Assembly (NCBI GenBank): GCA_000004985.1
Contig: GG738881.1
Direction: 5' to 3' (one strand)
DNA length: 64,000 bases
Source: Naegleria gruberi
Lineage: Eukaryota
A program made the position numbers and the translations under genes. Positions 33,787 to 45,001 of this stretch are shown piece after piece. Under the pieces are notes generated by a model. That model saw nothing but the letters and a program-made list of their open reading frames with translations. It made no database searches and was not told the DNA's origin. Numbering within the stretch: the stretch's first letter is position 1; each line of letters opens with the position of its first letter.

Positions 33787-34105
33787 AATTAGCATTAAAA
33801 TCATATTGATTCATATTGGTATGATTATTAAGTAACAATCCATTTGAACCATATTGATTGTTACTTAATGAATTGATAGGTTGTTGTTGTTGTTGGCCAT
33901 TCATTGCTGAAGAATTAGTGTACATGTTGCTTTGAATGGGATCATTAAACATTTGGTTATTATTACCACCATAACCTTGATAGAATTGACCACCATTATT
34001 GTACATATTTTGTCGGTGATTTTGCTCTTGGTTTGGTTGTTGGTTATAACCTTGTGTTTGATTTTGTGGAGTTAGCATATTTCTGGTTTGTTGAATAAAA
34101 CCCAT
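29405..34105 (-). CDS. Macro-domain + WWE + PARP-catalytic ADP-ribosyltransferase (PARP14-like macroPARP) with a Q/N-rich N-terminus.
   Basis: Macro signature VLVNSANDQLAHGGGIAAQCLEKCG at ~31.1-31.6 kb. WWE-like LTALWLWLADDNKTWNPYRENQMKEIE at ~30.5-30.8 kb. PARP catalytic LFHGTRSTDP...GIGCYFAVNASYS...FLAEVLTGD...IFIVYK at 29.4-29.8 kb. The third triad position appears to be Ile, as in mono-ARTs. Confidence 0.85.
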
Positions 34106-34459
34106 ACTAAACTTATCAAGTTATTCTTTTGATATTTGTTTTTAAGTTTGTTTTGAAAAAGTGTTTACAAGAATTAACTATTTGAACAATGGAGAACAAG
34201 AGTGAAAAACCTTTTCTGATTTAAAAAGCCAGATTAGAATTTGAGTTGGTGATGTATTTCATGTGGAATGGGTTTGTACTACTTGATCAGTCAATGATGC
34301 GTGACAAACTCAAGTCATCAAACGTTTGTGAATTCAGATTTGATGAGAACATTAGTATTAACTTGTGCGTGAGTTGGGAATTCTGAATAATAAGGTATTG
34401 TTCAGATATTTTATGGATGCTGAATGAATTCCAAAGTCCACATTTAGCAATCTTCATTT

Positions 34460-36463
34460 TTAGAAAAGGCCGTGATCTCTCAAAGTCTTTTGTAAAATAA
34501 TATCCTTAATATCATCCATAACCATCAAAGAAGCATCTTCACGTATCAAATCAACAAAATGAGTGTATAAACACCGTTGTCTAATTGTTGGATCAACATT
34601 AATAAATTTCTCAGCAACAAAACTAGTGTAGAGGAATACATGATCACCAGAATAATCAAAGTCTGGAAAACACATTCGAAGAGGAACAGATTTGATTCTT
34701 TTACGGAATATATCTAATTTTGTAAATACTAAAATGATTGGTGTATCTTTGTAAAAGCTTAAGATTTCTTTGAACATTGAAAGTGAATTATGCATATGGG
34801 AAACCAATATTTGGTTTTGAGTTGGAGGAACAAAATTTAGAGGGTCAACAATTGGTGGGCTTTGAGGATTTTTAGTTGGACTAAAGTCAAGTAAGCTTAA
34901 AGAATATTCACAATATTCACTTAAAGAAACCATGAAAACAATTGCAGAAACTGAATCTCTATCAAAATGAGAAGTCATCCACTTTCTTCTTTCATTTCTT
35001 TGTCCAGTAATATCTACAAACTCACATGGGAACGGAAAATTTAACTGACATGTTTCAATAGATGTAGAAGGAAAATATGTAGTTAAAATATCTCTTGATG
35101 TTGGTGTATATCTTAGTGATGCTATTCTGTCAATATTATCAAAAAAGTATCTTGCATTGTAAAGTATTGAGTTATTTAAAGATAACTTGTCAAATGTGTG
35201 TTTTACGTATTTATCCTTCCATAAACTCTTAAATAATTCAACTGCTTCTGGATTTAAGAAATTTTGAGTAATCTTATTAGATTCCTCTGATTGAGTATCA
35301 TATTGTGATGGTTGTTTGTGGAATTGTTTTGAATCATTTTTAAAATTACTTAATCTTTGGTGAAGAACGTTTAAACTTTCATCCAATGATGATGAAACTC
35401 TTAAAGGAGATTTGTTCTTTGGAGTTATAGGTATGGATTGGCTTGTATTATTACTAGCAGCACTATCACTATTGCATTCATTTTGTGTATTTAAAGTTTG
35501 ATTAAACCTCCAAAGTTGAAGTAATTGAGCTCTTCTCCTTAAATTTTCTCTAAATTCTGTTTCCGTGACATTCTTAATTAAATATTTTGCATTATTCAAT
35601 ACAAATTTCAATATTTTACATTTAAATAATTCTACAACTTGTTCATTCGAATAATCACCCTCTAATAATTTGATTTTTCTAATGAGGGTACTTTTTCCTG
35701 ATTTACCAGATCCAAGAGTTAAAATTCTAACTTTTTTAGGTTTTTTAGAATCCAACTCGATTTGCCTTTGGATTCTACGATCATTTTCATTGTTATCAAC
35801 ATCAGATGAAACTCTTTGAATGTTTGATGCTGATCGATCTAAACTATTGAAAGATGCTCTTCTACGAGGTGTTGTGGTTTTCTTTGAAGGTAAAGCATCA
35901 TCACTTGGTGAATTACTTGTAGGAGATGGTGAACCAAAAACCATTTGATCATCATTTTCTATTGCTAATTCAATCATGGCATGAGAAGATGATGATCCAT
36001 TAACGTCTTCATCCTGAATTAGACTTGATGTAAAATCATTGATTGAACTCAAGTCAGCAGTTGATTGTCTAAGAATATTAGAATGTTCTCTATGATGATG
36101 CTCCCTATTCTGAGTTGATGATGATGATGGTATTTCATTATTCTCCAAAGAGGATGATGCATCTCCTTCTATTATTTCAAGTTCCTCCTCGCTTCTATTA
36201 TGACGTCCTACAATTATCTTTGGTGATGAAGTAGATGACGAGCTATTATTCAAACTACCACTACTACTTGCTGCTGTTAAAATGTTATTATTATTATTAT
36301 TGTTTTGATTCGGAATTAAAAGAATTTGAGAACCACTATCAAATGATGAAGATAAAGATTGTACACTAGCAGTGTCATTGTCTTGTTGACTAGATAATTG
36401 CTGAAAATCTGTTGTAGATGTTCTCCTCTTTCGTTTTGAATATTTGAATGGATTGAAAGGCAT
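34460..36463 (-). CDS. Divergent heterotrimeric G-protein alpha-subunit-like protein with a ~240-aa S/N-rich N-terminal extension.
   Basis: P-loop [49 protein letters not shown] aligns with G-alpha [39 protein letters not shown] replaces NKKD. Confidence 0.7.
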   Translation of the reverse strand: [667 protein letters not shown]

Positions 36464-36860
36464 ATTATGATGATCAATTTTAAAACGAAGTATTATATTG
36501 CAGACAGTGTGGTAATTATTCTCACCAATATGAGAAACTTTTAATAAGAGAAGAGATCTTCTTTGACAATTTCTTTTTTTAATGGAAAAGAAGAGGTGAT
36601 GGTTGATGATGAGGGAAGGCTAGTTTTGAACACTGCATACAAATTCCGAAGTTATCTTCTAATTTTGGTTGGCTGTGTACATTCTCAGCTGATTATATTT
36701 ATGTTGGCTGTCTCAGGTAGATAGTAAGGAATGTATTTCACTTCATAATAGATCTGCTGTTCTGTTTTAAATTTTTGTTTTTAAAGATTTAAAATTTGAA
36801 AAAGCATTAAGCAAATATTTGAAGGTTTTGCAATTTTTCAAATATAATTTTATAAAAAAA

Positions 36861-37958
36861 ATGTCTTCCAGTAGAAGTGATAGCCGTGATAGTAGAGACA
36901 ATCGCGATAATCGTGATGGTCGTGATAGAGACGGAGGTAGATATAATGATAGAGACTACCATAGAGATTATCACAGGGATTATCGAGGAAATAATGATAA
37001 ACATAATTATCGAAATGTAGCAGTGTATGAAATACCAACACCATTGCCTACAATAGATGTTTCATCATCGGATATTGATAAAACACCACATTTAATATTT
37101 TCTAAATATTCATACGTTGGAGATTATCAATGGCCTGAAACACCAAATAATCATATTAGAAGAATATTATCTAAATATTCAAATGCTTTTGATCAAAACA
37201 AATCGGAATATTCTCCTAGTGCTATTGCGAATATGGACCATGGAAAATATGTTTATATATTAATGTATTTTCAATCTAATAAGAAATTTTATGTTGATGC
37301 TTTGTTTAAATTCTCATCAGAAGGTGATAAATTTATGCAAGATAATCCAAAGATGAAACATGAACTAAAATATTTTATTTATTTTTTTAGAATTGTATCA
37401 ATAGTAAATGCTTTAAAACATAATAGAGCATATGCTGAGAATATTGAAGTGGAACCAATATATAAGAAGGCAACAGAAACCCTTCAAGAAAGTTTAAAAA
37501 ATCAGGAAATCAATCAAAAACAATTTGAACATTATTTATGTATGTTAAAATTGTGGTTTGCAAATTATTTGGATGTTTCAGAAAAACCACGTGATGATGC
37601 ATTATTTTATTATAAGGAAGTGTTAATGTTTTGTTTACAACATTCTCCATTCACAGAAGATTTATATTTCAAAACTGTATATAATTTAGCTATTTATTTC
37701 ATCAAACTTAAATTATTGGAAAGTGCAATTGGCTGTTTTGAATCACTGTTTTATATTGCCACAGCAGAAAATAGATTATCAAAATACCTTTCAACTAAAA
37801 CAAGGAACATTGGAAGATTAGCTTATGAATGTTCAGACCTACTTTACAAGAATGGAGAAAAAGATCGTGCTAAAGATATCATAAATAAGGTTCTAGATAA
37901 AAAACTAAGCTCTGATGACTATGCTAGGGATTTAAGACATTTACTAAATAAAATTTAG
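36861..37958 (+). CDS. Hypothetical protein with an N-terminal RD/RDY dipeptide-repeat region and a helical (TPR-like) C-terminal half.
   Basis: ORF track. The likely start is the Kozak-like aaaaaaaATGTCT at 36861. Confidence 0.4.
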   Translation: MSSSRSDSRDSRDNRDNRDGRDRDGGRYNDRDYHRDYHRDYRGNNDKHNYRNVAVYEIPTPLPTIDVSSSDIDKTPHLIFSKYSYVGDYQWPETPNNHIRRILSKYSNAFDQNKSEYSPSAIANMDHGKYVYILMYFQSNKKFYVDALFKFSSEGDKFMQDNPKMKHELKYFIYFFRIVSIVNALKHNRAYAENIEVEPIYKKATETLQESLKNQEINQKQFEHYLCMLKLWFANYLDVSEKPRDDALFYYKEVLMFCLQHSPFTEDLYFKTVYNLAIYFIKLKLLESAIGCFESLFYIATAENRLSKYLSTKTRNIGRLAYECSDLLYKNGEKDRAKDIINKVLDKKLSSDDYARDLRHLLNKI

Positions 37959-38305
37959 TTTATATTACATTTATGTTTAATTTTCCAATCTAATACTCTA
38001 TCACCTCGATTGACCTTAATAACTCTTGAGAATCTTCGTTGTTTTTCACACATATTTATGCGAAAATAGATTCTTTGTAGAGGAGTGAGGTGGTGAATTT
38101 CAATTACGCCACAATTATTAATCAAACAGACTTTATTGTGTGACAGTAGGGCCAGAGAGGATAATTTGCATTGAATACAGATTGTATTTGTGATGACTGC
38201 CACAATAATACTACTAACCACATGGTAAATCATCTTTGCAGAATAGACAAATCAGCACAAAACATCAAAATAATAACGTAATTTAATTTATTAAATTTAA
38301 AAAAA

Positions 38306-39743
38306 ATGAGAAAATCCATCAAGCAAACATTTTCTTCTGCTTCAAGTCTTATACAAGCAGCCTCCCAACCATCAAAAGCCTTCTTCTCCCAAAGTGCTCT
38401 CCAAAGAGAAGCAATCAAAAAGGTTACCTTGTTGCCTGGTAGGTAATTTAAAAGAATACAGTGACTTACAATGGAACGGAATCAATTGACACATTATTTG
38501 TCATTTTAATACAATAACAATAATATAACAATAATAATAATTGAATTGGTGATGGTGATGATGATGAATTATAATAGGTGATGGTATTGGTGTTGAAATT
38601 TGTAGTTGTGTTTGCGAATTGTTTCACTATGCCAACATTCCAATTCAATGGGACACTTATCTTGTGAGTGGTTCTTTCTTTGGTGTTGGTTCTGATAGTA
38701 GTTTAAATCCAACTAGAAATCTCATTGAAGAAGATCCACGTCGTCGTGGAGAAACTAATCCATCTGGAGGAACTGCTTATTCTTATTTGAGAAAAGAAAA
38801 GTGGTCTCAAATTGACCCAGAGGTTCACTATCCTGATTTACATCAATCTATTTTAAATAACAAGGTAGTTTTGAAAGGACCATTTATTACTAGAGATGTA
38901 AGCAAATCTATTGACAGAATGTTGGCTTTGAAATATGGTTTATATGCTCACGTTGTTCCTGTCAAGGCTCCACAAAATTTACCACCATCTGTTTTCACAC
39001 CTTTCAGAGATGTTGACATGGTTGTTGTCAGAGAAAATACTGAAGCTGAATATTCAGGTTTAGAACATCAAGTTCAACCAGGTGTTGTTGAATCATTGAA
39101 GATTATTACACGTGATGGTTCTATGAGAATTGCCAAATGGGCTTTCGAATATGCCAAACAATCTAAAAGATCTAAGGTTATTGCCATTCACAAGGCTAAT
39201 ATTATGAAGAAGAGTGATGGTTTATTTATTGAATGTTGTAAACAAGTTGCTAAGGAATATCCAGATATTCAATATTCCGAATTAATTGTAGATAATGCTG
39301 TCATGCAATTGGTTAAGAATCCACATTCCTTTGATAATAGTGTTGTTGTCACACCAAACTTGTATGGTTCAATTGTTAGTAACACTGCTTCATCACTTGT
39401 TGGTGGTGTTGGTGTTATTTCTGGTTTCAATGCTACTGATATTAATAAGCCTGATGCTGTTAGAGTTTTCGAACAAGGTAACAGACACGTTGCTATGGAT
39501 ATTTCAGGTAGATTAATTGCCAATCCAATTGGTCTTATTTCTTCATCTATTCAAATGTTGGATCATATGGGAATGAATACTCATGCTAATAGAATTAAAT
39601 TCGCTCTCAAGGAAACACTTTTGAATGCTAATCCAAAGATTTTGACTCCTGATATTGGTGGTACTGGTTCATCTGTTTCATTCATTGAAGCAATGATGAG
39701 ACATATTCCAAAAGCTGATGATCCTCGAATTAAAGACTTGTAA
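38306..39743 (+). CDS. idhB: NAD-dependent isocitrate dehydrogenase, mitochondrial, regulatory-type subunit. Two exons (~38306-38438 and ~38578-39743).
   Basis: Exon 1 ends MRKSIKQTF...VTLLP-G|GTAGGT. Exon 2 encodes DGIGVEICSC... VRENTEAEYSGLEH, HKANIMKKSDGLF and NLYGSIVSN match IDH3. FEQGNRHVAMDISGR replaces the catalytic-subunit FESVHGTAPDIAGK. Confidence 0.9.
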
Positions 39744-39976
39744 ATACCTCTTGTAAAAGGTGAAATTTGTTTTCTATTCTGTTAAATAAAAATAATGTTA
39801 AGGTATTCCAATAAGAATTCAAATCCTTTTTGTTTTAAAATATGAACCTTCAAATAATTTATTAATTTAGGAATGTAAGATTACTACTAGTAGTGAGGGT
39901 TCAATATTAAACTAGTTTTTAAGGTTTGTTCCTCTTCCTATTGTTGTTTCAAATTTTGATCATTCAAATGTTAAAT

Positions 39977-40475
39977 TCAATACAAAAAAGAAAAACTAAT
40001 CTTACCTCTTCCCGAAGATGATCTATTATCATTAGTTCCTCTCATCCCCGATCCTCTACCTGAACTATTACTACGTGATCTTTGTGATGATGTATTTGAA
40101 TTATTAGTATTGCTATTATTATTAGAATTTCCTTGTTGTTGTGGTTTACTTCTGCTCTTCTTTTGTTCTTCTTTAACTTTGTTTATAATTTCATCCAAAA
40201 TTCGAATGTATTTTAATGTGTATCCTCTAATGTAAACTTTGTCCATTTTCCAAAACCTAGTACCATCACGACTAGTGCAAGTAACATCTTCTAAATTCAT
40301 ATTCATAAATTGGTCGCAATTTGTAAGAGTGCCATTAAATGTTTCACCATTTTTTAATTCAACCAACATTGTGGTTCCTATAGCACCTTTCAATAACGTT
40401 AATGGAAGCTATCCAATCCGAAATAATAATTATTTGATGATCATCACACAATTTCTATTTAATTTAAACATACCA
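39977..40475 (-). CDS. lsm4: U6 snRNA-associated Sm-like protein LSm4. Exon 1 is the ATG codon alone (~40473-40475), followed by a ~64-nt intron and exon 2 (39977-~40408).
   Basis: The minus strand reads aaaaaaaaATG|GTATGTTTAAATT...GGATAG|CTTCCATTAACG..., giving [27 protein letters not shown], which matches LSm4 MLPLSLLK...[13 protein letters not shown]. It has an RG-rich tail. Confidence 0.85.
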
Positions 40476-40660
40476 TTTTTTTTTTAATTTAAAAAAAAAT
40501 ATTTGAAGGCTTGTTTTTTATTTCTAGCCTTTGTATTTTAGCTATGAATGTGTCTTGTAACAACCCTCCCTCTTCAATGAAAAGAGGTGAATGAATTCAT
40601 CACCAAATATTGAATGATAATAAGGCACATACATGGTGATAAAATTTAATTTTAAAAAAA

Positions 40661-41603
40661 ATGAAAATTGCTCTTGCACAAGTTCGTTCCATCAATAAGA
40701 TTGGTTTTAATTTTGGAGTTTGCGAAAAATTGATCAAAGAGGCTTCGGAACATAAAGCTTCATTGATTTGTTTTCCTGAATGTTTTGCATTTATGGGAAC
40801 AAGTGCAACAGAGACAATTGCAAACTCTGGATCTTTGGATTCAGAACTTTTTAAATCCTATCAAGATTTAGCTAGAAAATATTCAATCAATATTTCATAT
40901 GGTGGATATCATGAAAAGTCATCTAATGATCCTCATAAAATATTTAATTCACATATACTTGTAAATAATAATGGTGAAATAATTAATGTTTATAGAAAAG
41001 TTCATTTATTTGATTTGAATACTGAAAAAGTTAAATTGAAGGAATCAGAAATTACAGAATTTGGAAAGGATTTACTTGTTGATGATGGTGGATTGATATT
41101 TTCAAATGATTTAAAAATTGGATTATCTATTTGTTATGATTTAAGATTTCCAGAATTATATATTTTACTGAGAAAGATGAATAATGCCAAGATTTTATTA
41201 GTACCAGCTGCTTTTACCAAACATACAGGAGAATTAGGTCACTGGAAAACTCTTTTGATGGCAAGAGCTATTGAAAATCAATGTTATGTGATTGCAAGTG
41301 CTCAAGGTAAGTTTAAATCTTGAGAGCAATTCTTAACATTCTCAAGTTGGTACTCATAATTTGAAGAGACAATCTTATGGTCACAGTTTAGTGATTGATC
41401 CATTAGGAAAGATTATTCTTGACCTAGGTTCACAGGAAGAAACATTTGATTTGGACATTCAAGAAAAGGAACCTTTCGAAGGAAAATTAGGTTTTGTGGA
41501 AATTGATGATTGGATTTCTAATATCAAAAAAGTAAGAGAAGGAATGCCAGTTTTTGATCATAAGAGAAGTGATTTATATGATGTGATCACAAAGAAGGAT
41601 TAA
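40661..41603 (+). CDS. Carbon-nitrogen hydrolase of the nitrilase superfamily (Nit1/Nit2-like amidase), with a ~40-nt intron at ~41307-41346.
   Basis: The catalytic-triad context is present (E in FPECFAF, K in YRKVHLFD, C in LSICYDLRFPE). Splicing gives ...ASAQ-V-GTHNLKRQSYGHSLVIDPLG, restoring the conserved RxSYGHS block. Confidence 0.8.
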
Positions 41604-41641
41604 TAACATGGAATTAATAAATTACTTTATGAGAATTTTGA

Positions 41642-42424
41642 TTAACATCTTTCAAAGAGAGTACAATTTTCCATCAATAAAAATTGAATACATGGATAAA
41701 CGAGTTGTTGTGGGATTGAGTCTTGGGTATTATATTCTCCCTTGGTAATGATTGATTCCATTTGGTTCCACAAATCAGTTTTATCTTGTCCTTTGAAAAA
41801 CATGAATAATTGAGCTGAGTGTTTAAATAAAAAGTGATAATTAACAGTAATTCTATCAAAAACAGCAAATTGAGTTGTAGTTGTGTGAAGTATTTTAAAT
41901 TCATTATCAAAAGTTCCAGGAATAACTGTACTTGAAGGGAATAATGAACAAGTATGACCATCTGGACCCATTCCCAATGTAGATAAAGTAACTTGTTGAT
42001 TTGGTTGAAGAGCTAATTCTTGTTTCAATCTATTTTCATAATCTTTAACACATTCATCAATTGAAAGTTGAGAATTTGGGAAAATTAAAGTAATTTGATC
42101 AGTAACACTACTTGTCAATGATTCAAGTACTAATTTTTGATTACTATCCTTATCATCTTGTGGAACATAACGATCATCCATTAAAAAGAAAATAATATTC
42201 TTATTCGGAAGAAGTGGTTGCATTAATTTTGATAATTTTTCATAAATTGGAATTGGTGTTGAGCCTCCTGAAAGTCCTACCATAGCACGTCCATGTTGTT
42301 GAACACTTTTAACAATTGAATCAAAAATAGCTTGAGCACAGACTGTATTAAAACTGTCATCGGCAACTGATGGTGCTGAATTTGCGAGTGATTTGATGGT
42401 ATTACGTGAGTATTGTACTTTCAT
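41642..42424 (-). CDS. pgl: 6-phosphogluconolactonase.
   Basis: LSGGSTP, FLMDDRYVP, DSN and LGMGPDGHTCSLFP motifs of the 6PGL/NagB family. Confidence 0.85.
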   Translation of the reverse strand: MKVQYSRNTIKSLANSAPSVADDSFNTVCAQAIFDSIVKSVQQHGRAMVGLSGGSTPIPIYEKLSKLMQPLLPNKNIIFFLMDDRYVPQDDKDSNQKLVLESLTSSVTDQITLIFPNSQLSIDECVKDYENRLKQELALQPNQQVTLSTLGMGPDGHTCSLFPSSTVIPGTFDNEFKILHTTTTQFAVFDRITVNYHFLFKHSAQLFMFFKGQDKTDLWNQMESIITKGEYNTQDSIPQQLVYPCIQFLLMENCTLFERC

Positions 42425-43427
42425 TTTTTTTTAATTTTTTTAATTTCGAAGGCTTTTCAAATCTTAACATAACTATTGGATTTATTAAATAATTGGATTT
42501 TAATAACAACTTGGCTTTTTCAATGGTAACTTGATTTGTTGGCCCAATCAAATTGTCGCAGAAGTATGAAATTTGTTTTCTTATTTTTGATTGTAAACTT
42601 AATTGGAAATTAAAAAGTTGAAAAAGAAACATTCAATTAAATGAATGGAAAGTTTAACTAAAAACATAGTCATATTGTATATTAATATAATTTTTTTACA
42701 AATCTCTCTAAATAATCATAATGAGCTTTTCCAATTAATTGACCAAATGAAGCAGCATTCAAAGAGTAGATGTCAATACTATTATAAATACTAGATGTAG
42801 CAATACCAGAGTATTAAGTAGAAGGTCAGAAACTTATTCAAACCGATTTGTCCAACGAAAAAGTATGTACAATGCCCGCAGTGAATGTCCAGGGTTTAGC
42901 AATTCTTAATTAATTCAATTATCCTCAATGGATTAGATATCAAGTTAATTAGCTTAGATGAAATTCATCCAGAATCAACATTATAACTCTATTGAAAACT
43001 TTAAAGAAACAGTTGTTAAGGATTGAAAAATATCTTGCCATAAAAGGCATATTTAAATACACTTTACTTTTACAGAATGTTGATGTGGTTGTAAAATACA
43101 TGATGGTCTTTAAATTCATTTTGCTTCGCTCTTTAAAATTATTTTTGTAAACAACTAGAATTATTTTGTAATACGCTATTCAATGAATACTTTTATTGAC
43201 AATGATTGAGAGAATCCATGATATTTTGTTAATTTAACAACCTCCTCTCAATCTCAATACTAAATGCACAGTTGAATCCCCTTGAAAAGATATGTCATAG
43301 CCATTTATTGCCTTAATACAATGAACAACAAAAATTTTGAACATGTTCATCAATTTAAAATCAATTTAAAAAGGAGAATAAGTTGGAGCATTTGTTGTTT
43401 GTCTTTCAATTGTTATCAAATTTGATA

Positions 43428-43532
43428 AGACGGGAAGCCTGCCAGGAATATGGCGACTATCCCGCTACAGTCTTTGACTGTATGAACAGTGAAGGCAACT
43501 AATCTATTGATTGTTGGTTCAGTAAGTTTGTT
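43428..43532 (-). repeat. Conserved ~105-nt element 'X', copy B (reverse complement of 450-554), 216 nt upstream of 5S copy 2.
   Basis: See copy A. Near-identical core with diverged flanks. Confidence 0.6.
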
Positions 43533-43748
43533 GTTCAAAATAAAAAATTGGATCACCATCTATTTATCACTTTTGAATTTGATCTATTTAGAAAGTGAAA
43601 CTTGTGGTTGATCAATACTCTAAATTAAAAAAGTGTAGAATTTCCTTTTCCAAGTTGAGTCTTCAAATGTTGTAATAGTCCAGTTTTATTTAATTCAACA
43701 GATCCAAATCGTTTTCTCATTCAATATTAAGATTTTAAGAGTATGAAT

Positions 43749-43868
43749 GGCTACGGCCATATCACGATGAATGCACCTCATCCCGTCCGATTTGAGAAGT
43801 TAAGCATCGTCGAGCCACATCAGTACTGAGGTTGGAGACAACTTGGGAACCTGTGGTGCTGTAGTCTT
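43749..43868 (+). rRNA. 5S ribosomal RNA gene, copy 2. Identical to copy 1 over the gene, with different flanks.
   Basis: Same 118-nt sequence as 2101-2218, followed by TTTTTT. Confidence 0.9.
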
Positions 43869-43961
43869 TTTTGAACCACCTTCTTGAATCCATGTATCTG
43901 TGTAATATTTTTAATACTTTAAACTCGTTTAAATATAATAATATATTTAAAGTTAGTTTAT

Positions 43962-44687
43962 TTACAAAATTGAACATGGTTTCTTCTTTTTCTTTGTTAA
44001 TTGATCTTCATCTGATGATTTTAATGATTTTCTAACTTCTCTAACAAGTAAAGCAAAAGATTCATCAACATTTAATCTTTGTTTAGCAGAAGTTTCAATC
44101 ATTGGAATTCCTAATTGTTTAGAATAAACTTTAGCTTCATCTATACGAATCACTCTTTCTGATTCTAAATCACACTTATTACCAACTAATACCATTGGTG
44201 CTTTATCACAATCTTTAACTCTTAATATTTGTTCATAAAATTCATTCACTTCTTCAAATGTTTTTCTATCAATCACTGAATATACCATTAAAAATCCATC
44301 AGCTGTTCTCATATATGAATCTCTTAATGCTTTATATTCTTCTTGTCCAGCTATTTTTTGTAATATTAATATATTTAATATATTAAATATATTTAATATT
44401 ATTATTGTAAACTTACCTGTATCTAAGATTTCTAAAAAAACTGGTTTATCATCAATTTTAGCATGTTTACGATAGGAATCTTCTATTGTTGGATCATATT
44501 CTTCAATATAAATGTTTTGAATGAATTGTACAGTTACTATAAATGGATTGAATATATTAAATATTTCTAAAAGGTTAGGTGAATACTTACATGCACTTTT
44601 ACCAACACCACCTCCACCAATAACTGCAAGCTTAAATTCTTGCATACCATTTGAATTACTATTAGTTGTTGTTTCCTTTGGAGCCAT
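43962..44687 (-). CDS. Ras-subfamily small GTPase with CAAX (CSIL). Three exons (~44591-44645/44687, 44417-44536, 43962-44350).
   Basis: Spliced product (M)[41 protein letters not shown]...LEILDT-AGQEEY...LVGNKCDL...ETSAKQ...CSIL. Introns read GTAAGTATTC...TTTATAG and GTAAGTTTAC...AAAATAG. The start is either MAPKE (44687) or the canonical MQEF (44645). Confidence 0.85.
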   Translation of the reverse strand: MAPKETTTNSNSNGMQEFKLAVIGGGGVGKSACKYSPNLLEIFNIFNPFIVTVQFIQNIYIEEYDPTIEDSYRKHAKIDDKPVFLEILDTGKFTIIILNIFNILNILILQKIAGQEEYKALRDSYMRTADGFLMVYSVIDRKTFEEVNEFYEQILRVKDCDKAPMVLVGNKCDLESERVIRIDEAKVYSKQLGIPMIETSAKQRLNVDESFALLVREVRKSLKSSDEDQLTKKKKKPCSIL

Positions 44688-45001
44688 TTTGATAGTTTTT
44701 TTGCTTTTTGATTTTTGGCAGTTTGTCATTTTTTGCTGCTTGAATTTATTGTTGGTGAACTGGAGAAATTGAATGAACATTTCCCGAACAATGTACAATA
44801 GTTCCCATCTCAAGCTACTCTTGTGTCCACCAAGTTGAAAAGAGAACACAAAGAACATTTCATGACCTCAGTACACATTTCATCCATTCATACATTTATG
44901 GTTTCTTACCATGTCAAATAATGAAATACAAAAAGAATAAATATATTGAAATTATTATTATTATCATTAATATTATTTAATATTATTATTACTTTTAAAA
45001 T

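Noticed and set aside
37955-38650. Small ORFs at 37955-38233, 38230-38418 and 38466-38648.
   Set aside because: They overlap the 5' UTR, exon 1 and intron of the IDH gene on the other strand or frame and have no motif support.
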